In this document: one piece after another, positions 10,372 through 17,925 of the stretch | Position numbering within the stretch: the first letter of the stretch is position 1 | How the letters are laid out: every line of letters begins with the position of its first letter | From: Alphaproteobacteria bacterium | GTDB lineage: Bacteria > Pseudomonadota > Alphaproteobacteria > UBA9219 | Length of the DNA: 64,000 nucleotides | Direction of reading: 5' to 3' | Assembly: GCA_009779745.1 (NCBI GenBank) | Contig: WRDR01000009.1 | Coordinates: 840-64,839, forward strand | Translations under genes and position numbers: made by a program | Notes under the pieces: generated by a model | Told to the model about the DNA's origin: nothing | Database searches by the model: none | The model's input: the letters and a program-made list of their open reading frames with translations, nothing else

Positions 10372-10830
10372 TTATTGAGCCTCTACAACCGTTATGCGTT
10401 TTTGAGAATTCTCAGGATCTGTTGCCAACAGCCCTTTCAGATGCAGAACCCTAGCGACCTTGTGCGCATACGGTATTCCGTGAACAGGAGTAGCTGAATG
10501 ATATGCGGCTACTCCGCTCCACATGCTGCCCGTAGACACTATCTTCTGTTTCAAAATCCAAGCAGCTACGTGCATGTTGATGCAGCCGTCATCTCTGACC
10601 CATGCTCTGGCAGTATCCGGATGAACTTTCCAGTGCTGCCCCAGCATAGAAAGCCATCTTGTGTTAATCTGCATAGGTCCCAAGTCATAAGTCCCGTTTT
10701 TGTTAGGACCTACTTCCTGACCTATACGCCCGCCTTCTACTGTCATAATGCCAATCATCAGCGCAGGCGGCACATCATAAGTATTGGCCGCAAGCAATAA
10801 GCATGCCGCAAGAGTCTGTACCGTAGCCAT
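10372..10830 (-). CDS. specialised lytic transglycosylase (SLT; IagB/IpgF/R64 PilT/VirB1-like)
   Basis: AA..Y.VPP.LM..I..VEGG catalytic Glu, NKNGTYDLGPMQIN, VAAYHS. Confidence 0.88.
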   Translation of the reverse strand: MATVQTLAACLLLAANTYDVPPALMIGIMTVEGGRIGQEVGPNKNGTYDLGPMQINTRWLSMLGQHWKVHPDTARAWVRDDGCINMHVAAWILKQKIVSTGSMWSGVAAYHSATPVHGIPYAHKVARVLHLKGLLATDPENSQKRITVVEAQ

Positions 10831-10938
10831 AAATAAACCTCATAGAAAATCTTATTTTAAAAATCGGAGGTCTCTGCCCCGTAATGTTATAAATTTAGTA
10901 TTTAAAATTCATTAAACATACAGGACTATAGCATATTA

Positions 10939-10974
10939 AGTGCGGAGTGTGAAGTGTGGAGTGTGGAATTAGGA
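10939..10974. repeat. heptamer tandem repeat (AGTGTGG variants)
   Basis: agtgcggagtgtgaagtgtggagtgtggaattagga. Confidence 0.8.
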
Positions 10975-11031
10975 TTGACATTCCAGTTACTAAAAACAAA
11001 GCTGTTGCAGTGCTATCAGCGTTTTATTAGC

Positions 11032-11060
11032 TTGACAGGGCAGTGTTTTTATGATACTAT
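11032..11060 (+). promoter_or_regulatory. sigma70-type promoter of dinJ-yafQ
   Basis: TTGACA-17 nt-TACTAT with extended TG. Confidence 0.65.
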
Positions 11061-11086
11061 TAAGGAAAGTCAAAAGGAGTACTTAT

Positions 11087-11362
11087 ATGAACAATACATC
11101 TAACGTCAGCTTCCGTATTGATACGGACATTAAGAAACAAGCAGATAGGCTATTTTCCGCATTGGGGCTTAATATGACTACAGCTTTCAATATCTTTCTG
11201 CGTCAATCCATACGAGAAGGATCTATCCCTTTCAATATAACTGTCAAAACGCCGAATACGGAAACAGTTGCCGCTTTTGAAGAAGCAGAACAATTGCTAA
11301 AAGACCCTAATACAAAGCGATATACTGACATGGAAGAAATCATAAGAGAACTTAACTCATGA
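11087..11362 (+). CDS. dinJ: RelB/DinJ-family antitoxin
   Basis: SFRID.DIKKQA..LF..LGLNMTTAFNIFLRQSIREGSIPF..TPN.ET; AAGGAG RBS. Confidence 0.9.
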   Translation: MNNTSNVSFRIDTDIKKQADRLFSALGLNMTTAFNIFLRQSIREGSIPFNITVKTPNTETVAAFEEAEQLLKDPNTKRYTDMEEIIRELNS

Positions 11363-11633
11363 ACAGAACTGTTGTTTGGACATCCAAATTTAAAAAAGAT
11401 TATAAACTTGCAAAGAAGCGCAGCAAAGATATGTCTTTAGTGCATGATTGCATTGATATGCTTAGGACTAGACAGCAATTGCCAGCTAAATATCGCGATC
11501 ATATCTTAACTGGCAATTATAAAGGGTATAGAGAATGTCATGTGCAACCGGACTGGCTGCTGGTCTATCGCATTGAGGTAATGATTTGATTCTCGTCTTA
11601 GCACGCACAGGCAGCCACAGCGATTTGTTTTAG
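11359..11633 (+). pseudogene. yafQ: YafQ-family mRNA interferase toxin, frameshifted near 11576
   Basis: FKKDYK, YRDH.L.GNYKGYRECHVQPDWLLVY; C-terminal LILVLARTGSHSDLF* lies in the shifted frame. Confidence 0.85.
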
Positions 11634-11660
11634 AGCGTATAACAAGAGGACAGCAACCGC

Positions 11661-11759
11661 AAACCACTGCCCCGTCTTTGCCACTTCGTGGCAAATCCAC
11701 CCCTTCGCCTCCTACTTCGCTGAAGCTTCGAAGGACAAGAGCGAAGGGGAATACGCACT
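11661..11759. repeat. REP-like palindromic element, copy A, with an internal insert
   Basis: aaccactgccccgtc-hairpin-ccaccccttcgc...gcgaaggggaatacgcac; ends shared with 15626-15688 and 50743-50780. Confidence 0.7.
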
Positions 11760-11804
11760 CACAGCAGCCTTCAACTCCTAATTCCACATTTCACTTTTCA
11801 CATT

Positions 11805-11838
11805 AAAAAAATCCCCTCCGGTTTTGAGACCGGAGGGG
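11805..11838 (-). terminator. intrinsic terminator of the Cys-rich protein gene
   Basis: cccctccggt/accggagggg stem followed by a T-run on the minus strand. Confidence 0.75.
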
Positions 11839-11855
11839 GAGGGGTTGTTAGTGTA

Positions 11856-13280
11856 TTATTCAGGGCAATATTGCCTGTCATCGATTGTTGGCTCACCTGC
11901 ACATTTACCTCTACCGGTCTTCTCGAAGCGATTTTGACAGTAATATGCGCAGTAGTCTTTATCCATATTGAAACTGGTGCCTAAGTCATAATCTGACGGA
12001 CCGCAAGCAGAAGTAGCTCTATTGTTTTCTAAATCACTCCAGATACGCTCATCATATGCACCGTATTCGGCACTGTTAAGATTATTGGGATACTGTCTAA
12101 CCCAAGCCATACGAGCCCTCTGTGTTTCAATCGAATCAAAGAAACAGTCGGGACCTTCTTGTTTCGGTGGTACATCGCAATTGGTCTCGTCTTTGGTCGT
12201 TTTACACCTGCAATTAGGAGGTCCTATATTCAACACCCAATCGGACATGTCTGCACAGAAAAACTCATCTGCAACAGCCTTACACCCTGCAGTTTGACCG
12301 CCGCCTCCGTAATTGCCTTGTATCTGACCAGATATGCAGCTAAAGAACTTGCCCCACGGGTTGTTCCGATCGAAGTATGAATCGCTGTCGCCGCCAGAAC
12401 CGCCGCCTTTCTGAATAGGCGCATTACTGTCTGGTTTCGTCATATTATCCCGTTCTCTGGCGTTGTTGATGTACTGCACCATGCACGCAGGATCCCCGTT
12501 ACATGCGGCATAAGCCTCGTATATATTATTTGCATGATAATTGTAATTAGCCTCAGCCTGTGCCATATGCTGTGCCCCTGCTTTTTGAGGAGTCCAGCCG
12601 GGCTTTGAAAAACCGCAGCTTATGTCAGACAAAAGCGAAGGATCTATGTTTAAGGCAGATATTGCATCATGTGTTCCGCATGGAGGACCGCCGCCACCGC
12701 CACCGCCAAACGGGCAGGGACCGCCGCCGCCACCGCTGCCGGACGTGACTCTGTTGTACTCAGGGGCTATGATAGTCGGCGGAGCGGAAGTAGCCGGAGG
12801 AGTATAAGAAGCAGTTGATACCGGGCAGGAAATCTCAAACACTGCGTGTGCTCCGGACGCTACATCATTGACGTTTTTAAGCATTGTTAAAAAGCTGGCT
12901 GTTTTGCCGGCAACTTTGCACATCATATAATTGTTAGCAAACCAACCGGGTATTTTCTGCCCAGTATTTCCTAAGAAATTATACCAAGCATCGTTTATTT
13001 CAGCCATGTTTGCATTATCCATATAGCTGTAATCATAATAATAGGTGCCGGTGTAATTGACAGGCAATCCTATTTGGTTATCGTGATAGCCGGTTCTTTC
13101 ACCCGGCTTAGGCGTTGCCATTTTTCCGTCAGGACCCGGTTCTTGTTCGTCAGGACCTTTCCAAGAATAATCATCATACGAATATTGTGCGGAAGCTCCC
13201 AAGCTCAATGCAGCTACAAACACAGCGGAAAGCAGCGCAGAAAACATCACAGAGCGTGATGAAAAAATATTTTTAGACAT
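11856..13280 (-). CDS. secreted Cys/Gly-rich hypothetical protein
   Basis: Sec signal peptide (..LSLGASA), 19 Cys, poly-Gly linkers, own terminator. Confidence 0.75.
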   Translation of the reverse strand: MSKNIFSSRSVMFSALLSAVFVAALSLGASAQYSYDDYSWKGPDEQEPGPDGKMATPKPGERTGYHDNQIGLPVNYTGTYYYDYSYMDNANMAEINDAWYNFLGNTGQKIPGWFANNYMMCKVAGKTASFLTMLKNVNDVASGAHAVFEISCPVSTASYTPPATSAPPTIIAPEYNRVTSGSGGGGGPCPFGGGGGGGPPCGTHDAISALNIDPSLLSDISCGFSKPGWTPQKAGAQHMAQAEANYNYHANNIYEAYAACNGDPACMVQYINNARERDNMTKPDSNAPIQKGGGSGGDSDSYFDRNNPWGKFFSCISGQIQGNYGGGGQTAGCKAVADEFFCADMSDWVLNIGPPNCRCKTTKDETNCDVPPKQEGPDCFFDSIETQRARMAWVRQYPNNLNSAEYGAYDERIWSDLENNRATSACGPSDYDLGTSFNMDKDYCAYYCQNRFEKTGRGKCAGEPTIDDRQYCPE

Positions 13281-13290
13281 AATACCCTCA

Positions 13291-13305
13291 TTAATACGAG
13301 ATTAA
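13291..13305. promoter_or_regulatory. putative CtrA box
   Basis: ttaa-tacgaga-ttaa. Confidence 0.35.
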
Positions 13306-13431
13306 AAAAAATTTTAAAAACACTTGTCTACATATTACAATGTATCATATCAAAATTAAAACTTTACTAAAATTTTATGTTTGATTTTATTTTTAAGTTA
13401 TTTTACTATAAAATCCCTTAATAAGAGATTT

Positions 13432-13446
13432 TTAATAATAAGTTAA
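13432..13446. promoter_or_regulatory. putative CtrA box
   Basis: ttaa-taataag-ttaa. Confidence 0.35.
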
Positions 13447-13462
13447 GTATATTTGTTATAGT

Positions 13463-13491
13463 TTGACTATATCTTTGGGCTAATTTATAGT
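13463..13491 (+). promoter_or_regulatory. sigma70-type promoter
   Basis: TTGACT-17 nt-TATAGT upstream of ORF 13536. Confidence 0.5.
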
Positions 13492-13535
13492 ATAACAGAA
13501 TTTATAACGGAAATTTAAAGAGTTAGGGAGCTTTT

Positions 13536-14366
13536 ATGGCTGCTGTGTCGTCTGAGTCCAATATCAAAACCCTCCTTATGGCGTTCCGCTATTTGGGGCT
13601 GCCTCTTTTAAGAGCCTCTGTTGAAAGAAAATCCAAACAGGGCACTCCTCCGGAAGAACAGGAGGTTGTTGACAACGAGGCTATGGCTAATCTGGTGCAA
13701 GGTACTGTTATGCTTGCCAAAAAGCTCTCGGAAGCCTCCGGAGCGAACGAAGGCGAAATCGATGCATGGGTGCGCTGGTCCTTGGCAAGCGATGCTTCCA
13801 AGATAGTAGGTGCTGTTTTCAAAAGCTCCGACAAGGTGCTGACCGAAGCAGAGGCTGATGATATTGTAAAGCTAACTCTGGATCTCCGGGATAAGTTCAG
13901 CGCATTGGCTCCTGCCGAGAGCGAGATAAATCCCAATACCGTAGCAACGTTTAAATCTAAACTGCTTGAGGCTTTTGTGCCTGTTGTAGGAGCAGTGTCT
14001 CAGTACTCTTTCGGAAGAGCCGAACACGCTTTACTCGCAGAAGTTGCCGAGCGTTTAACAAAAACTGCGGACAGGATTACAAGAGCTATTGCTCCGTCTG
14101 GAGCTACTCCGGAACAGTGGAGGCTTCTGTGCTGGAACGTTCTTAAGGTTGCGGGGCAGTGCTATATGGACGCTCACTTTGCAGAGGCGGACAGGCTTCT
14201 GTACATGGACCCGGACGACAGAGCAGAATACTTTGCCAAGCACGGTCAAATCGTGCCTATGACTCAAGTCTGGCAGTCATTCAATCAGAGAATGGCTATG
14301 CTGTCTACTCTGGCATCGTATCTGGAAGTGCCAGACGCTGCCAGGCTTGATGCGGACTCTTGGTGA
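13536..14366 (+). CDS. hypothetical alpha-helical protein
   Basis: 276-aa ORF with GGGAG RBS and a promoter; no motif recognised. Confidence 0.75.
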   Translation: MAAVSSESNIKTLLMAFRYLGLPLLRASVERKSKQGTPPEEQEVVDNEAMANLVQGTVMLAKKLSEASGANEGEIDAWVRWSLASDASKIVGAVFKSSDKVLTEAEADDIVKLTLDLRDKFSALAPAESEINPNTVATFKSKLLEAFVPVVGAVSQYSFGRAEHALLAEVAERLTKTADRITRAIAPSGATPEQWRLLCWNVLKVAGQCYMDAHFAEADRLLYMDPDDRAEYFAKHGQIVPMTQVWQSFNQRMAMLSTLASYLEVPDAARLDADSW

Positions 14367-14388
14367 ATGTAGAATTAAAGCTCCAAAC

Positions 14389-15603
14389 TCATCTATACTT
14401 TCTCACTGCAATGGAAGCGTTCAGGCCTCCGAATGCAAAAGAGTTGTTTAATGCCGTGTCTATCTTCATGTCTCTCGCAACATTAGGCACATAGTCCAAA
14501 TCGCACTCCGTATCTTTATCTATATAATTAATAGTAGGCGGTGCTTTGTCATTGCAGACTGCCAGTACTGTGGCGAGCATCTCTAATGCGCCGGCTGCTC
14601 CAAGCGCATGACCGAACATAGACTTGCTGGAAGACACTGCTATTTTATATGCGTGATTGCCTAAACTCTTTTTCAGAGCTTCGGTTTCGGTGATGTCATT
14701 TATTCTTGTGCCGGTTCCGTGCGCATTCACATAATCAATGTCCGTGCTGTTTATCTGTGCGTCTTTAAGGCAATTTTCAATGGCTCTGGCAGCTCCGTTC
14801 ACGTCCGGCGTAGTCAAATCTTTTGCATCGGAACTCATTCCGAAACCGGCGAACTCCGCATAAATGCGAGCGTTTCTTTTCTTTGCGCTCTCTTCTGTTT
14901 CCATGACTAACGAGCAGGCTCCTTCTCCCAACACCATACCCAGCCTGTCTTTTGAAAACGGGCGGCAAACGTCCGGAGCCATTACGCGCAGAGCTTCCCA
15001 GCCTTTAAGAGTGCCGAAAGTCAAACAGGCTTCCGAACCCCCTGTAATGACTCTGTCAAAAATTCCGGCTCTTAAAAACGCTGCTGCTGTGCCCATAGCA
15101 TGTATTGCAGAAGCGCAGGCACTGGCTACTGTAAAAGAAGCTCCAGTGATTCCCAACGCCATACATATCTGACTGGAGCCGGCGTTTACCATGAGTTTGG
15201 GAATTGTAAACGGGTGAACTCTGACGGTCTTAGATTCTCCCAACAGCTTCATGTACGACTCTTCCAAAGTATTCTGTCCGCCGACTCCGGTGCCGGAAAT
15301 GACTCCGGTACGCAGCATTTCTTCTTCGGTCAGTTCTAATCCGGAGTCTTTGTACGCCTGTATTGCAGAGGCTACGGCAAATTGCGAGAATCTATCCAGC
15401 AAGGCAGCTTTCTTTTCGTCCATGTGTTCCGCAACGTTGAAATTTTTTACAGGAGCTCCGGGAAAAACAAAATCCTGTCCTTTGAACGGAAAATTTATTT
15501 TTTCTATTCCGCAGACTCCGTTGAACAGATTCTTTTTGAATTCTTCAACGCTGTTTCCTATTGGAGATATAACTCCCAGTCCGGTTATGACTAGTTTTTT
15601 CAT
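14389..15603 (-). CDS. fabF: beta-ketoacyl-ACP synthase II (FabF/NodE-like)
   Basis: VITGLG, SACAS catalytic Cys, NAHGTGT, KSMFGHALGA, NSFAFGG. Confidence 0.9.
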   Translation of the reverse strand: MKKLVITGLGVISPIGNSVEEFKKNLFNGVCGIEKINFPFKGQDFVFPGAPVKNFNVAEHMDEKKAALLDRFSQFAVASAIQAYKDSGLELTEEEMLRTGVISGTGVGGQNTLEESYMKLLGESKTVRVHPFTIPKLMVNAGSSQICMALGITGASFTVASACASAIHAMGTAAAFLRAGIFDRVITGGSEACLTFGTLKGWEALRVMAPDVCRPFSKDRLGMVLGEGACSLVMETEESAKKRNARIYAEFAGFGMSSDAKDLTTPDVNGAARAIENCLKDAQINSTDIDYVNAHGTGTRINDITETEALKKSLGNHAYKIAVSSSKSMFGHALGAAGALEMLATVLAVCNDKAPPTINYIDKDTECDLDYVPNVARDMKIDTALNNSFAFGGLNASIAVRKYR

Positions 15604-15625
15604 TCTCTTGTTTTCCTTCTTTTAA

Positions 15626-15688
15626 AAACCACTACCCCGTCACGCCTTACGGCGTGCCACCCCTTCCCTTAAAAAGGGAAGGGGAATA
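15626..15688. repeat. REP-like palindromic element, copy B
   Basis: aaccactaccccgt-cacgcc/ggcgtg hairpin-ccccttcccttaaaaagggaagggg. Confidence 0.75.
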
Positions 15689-15693
15689 TTTAC

Positions 15694-16804
15694 TCATTTC
15701 ACCAGCCCCTTTACTCTTCCAGCTAAAGACGCTCTTAGAAACACATCTATATCTCCGTCCAGAACCGATTGAGTCTGAGATGTTTCTATCTGAGTCCTTG
15801 CATCTTTTACCAACTGATACGGCTGCAAGACATAAGACCGTATCTGATGCCCCCAGCCTATATCGCTCTTTTGTCCTTCTATATCCGCTGCCGCCGCTTC
15901 CTTCTTTTTAAGCTCCAGTTCATACAATTTAGCTTTCAGCATCTCCATTGCTTTGGCTCTGTTTTTGTGCTGAGACCTTTCTTGCTGGCACGCTACTACA
16001 ATGCCGCTGGGAATGTGCGTAAAGCGCACTGCGCTTTCCGTCTTGTTCACGTGCTGTCCGCCTGCGCCGCTGGCGCGGAATGTGTCTATCTTGAGATCCG
16101 TATCCAGCACTTCTATGGGCACAGACTCATCAACTACAGGCGTAACGGAAACTCCCGCAAAACTGGTGTGCCTTCTGGCGTTCGAATCATAGGGGCTTAT
16201 GCGCACAAGCCTGTGAACTCCGGACTCTGTTTTCAGCCAGCCGTATGCATTGCGTCCGGAAATCTGAATAGTCGCAGATTTAAGCCCGGCCTCTTCGCCG
16301 ACAGTCTCGTCAAGCAAACTGACGCTGTATCCGTGCTGCTCTGCCCAGCGAGTATACATGCGCAAAAGCATCTCTGCCCAGTCCTGCGCCTCTGTGCCGC
16401 CTGCTCCCGAATTCACTTCCAGATAACAGTCGTTAGCATCAGCTTCTCCGGACAGCAGACTCTCCAGCTCTTTTTGAACGGCTTCTTTGCGGAGATGCAG
16501 AATAGCGTTCTCTATCTCCGCAGCAACAGAAGCATCATTTTCAGTCTCTGCCAGAGACAAAAGTTCTTTGTTGTCTTTGAGAGAATTTTCCAGATGTTCG
16601 AAATCTCTGATAGCGGAGTCCAGAGCGTTGCGCTCCTTCATGAGCTTTTGAGCTTTTTCGGAGTTATTCCAGATGTCCGGATTTTCTGTGAGGCTGTTTA
16701 TCTCAGCCAGTTTGACTACAGCATTGTCATAGTCAAAGATGCCTCCTCAGCAGAGTAAGAGAGTGTTCTATATCTGCTATGGCTGATAGTATTTCTGCTT
16801 TCAT
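15694..16804 (-). CDS. prfB: peptide chain release factor 2 with programmed +1 frameshift
   Basis: ATG 16804; AGGAGG-CAT-CTT-TGA-C shift site at 16747-16732; SPY and GGQ motifs. Confidence 0.96.
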
Positions 16805-16805
16805 T

Positions 16806-16829
16806 ATTTCACATTCCACACTTCACATT
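16806..16829. repeat. heptamer units between the pilR-like stop and the prfB start
   Basis: atttcacattccacacttcacatt. Confidence 0.65.
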
Positions 16830-17925
16830 AATAAACCTGTCCGCCGGCTCTGGAAAGCTCGCCTACGACATTGAATATCGCCATCATGGTCCAAGCAATA
16901 ATACCGCCGACTATCACCAGTCCTATGTTCCTTATTACGACAGCTTGGTGATTCATAGACTCTACCTGATCTTCCATCCACTCATCAGCTACCATTTCTA
17001 TGACTGCTCCTACGTCAGCGCGCTCTGCCAAAATCTCTAAGTCAACCGCAACTTCAGGCGCAGGAAAGTTGTATTTTGTTCTTCTTAACGCTTCGCCTAA
17101 ATTCTGACCGCGCAATACGTTTTCTCTGGCAGATCCTATGCGCTCGCGAATCCACGGAGTCCCCTCTTCTTCCAAGATTTCCATGGACCTCTTCAGCGGC
17201 ACCTGCGCTCCCAGCAATGCGGACAGTCCCATTAAAAAGCCGCTCCCTTGCAGCACTCTGTACCAAGAATACGGCGGGTACATGTCAAACTTAGAACGCA
17301 GCCTTCCCTGCCATCTGGGCAAAGATACGATTATTATCATACAGGTAATTATTACCGCCGCCACTATGTACAGTCCGTATGCCGCAACAAAATCAGAAAA
17401 CGGCACAACGGCTCCCATAGACGCAACTACCCTAGGCGGCGCATGTAATCTCATGTTCGCTATCAGGTTTATACTAAACGTCCAAATCACAAAACCTATC
17501 AGCACAAACAATGCGGCAGGATATCCAACGGCTGCCTGAACCGCCTGTTTCATCTGCTTCCTGCGCTGTCCCATCTTCTGAATGAATCCCAGCGTCTTTG
17601 CCAAAGATCCTGACTCTTCTCCGGCACGTATCAGATACAGTTCTTCAGGCGGCACCCAGCCTGACATTGCCTGAGCCAATGAAATACCGGCTCTATCCTG
17701 CACAAACCAATCTCTTAACGCAACAGCAGCAGGTCTGTTCGGATATTTCCCCATTTCCGTTACGTTCTGATACAAACGATCCAATGCGCGGGACAACGCT
17801 TCGTTCGCTTTCAGCATTCCTTCGAGCTTGCGCCATATGCGATGCCTCATTCTGGTATTATTTCTAAACTGAAACCTCATCAGCCACGCATCAATCTGAT
17901 TCATCTTTTCTTGAACATTGCTCAT
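16828..17925 (-). CDS. type IVb pilus inner-membrane platform protein (T2SSF; PilR/BfpE/TcpE-like)
   Basis: AMSGWVPPEE..LIRAGEESGSL, three TM segments, PPYSWYR..QGSGFL. Confidence 0.85.
   Translation of the reverse strand: MSNVQEKMNQIDAWLMRFQFRNNTRMRHRIWRKLEGMLKANEALSRALDRLYQNVTEMGKYPNRPAAVALRDWFVQDRAGISLAQAMSGWVPPEELYLIRAGEESGSLAKTLGFIQKMGQRRKQMKQAVQAAVGYPAALFVLIGFVIWTFSINLIANMRLHAPPRVVASMGAVVPFSDFVAAYGLYIVAAVIITCMIIIVSLPRWQGRLRSKFDMYPPYSWYRVLQGSGFLMGLSALLGAQVPLKRSMEILEEEGTPWIRERIGSARENVLRGQNLGEALRRTKYNFPAPEVAVDLEILAERADVGAVIEMVADEWMEDQVESMNHQAVVIRNIGLVIVGGIIAWTMMAIFNVVGELSRAGGQVY

Noticed and set aside
15769-16758. 329-aa plus-strand ORF and similar antisense ORFs
   Set aside because: Shadow of prfB on the opposite strand with no protein-like motifs; the same applies to most short antisense ORFs in the track.
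16642-16804. prfB looks truncated or pseudogenised in the ORF track
   Set aside because: It is the canonical programmed +1 frameshift (AGGAGG...CTT TGA C), neither novel nor a lesion.
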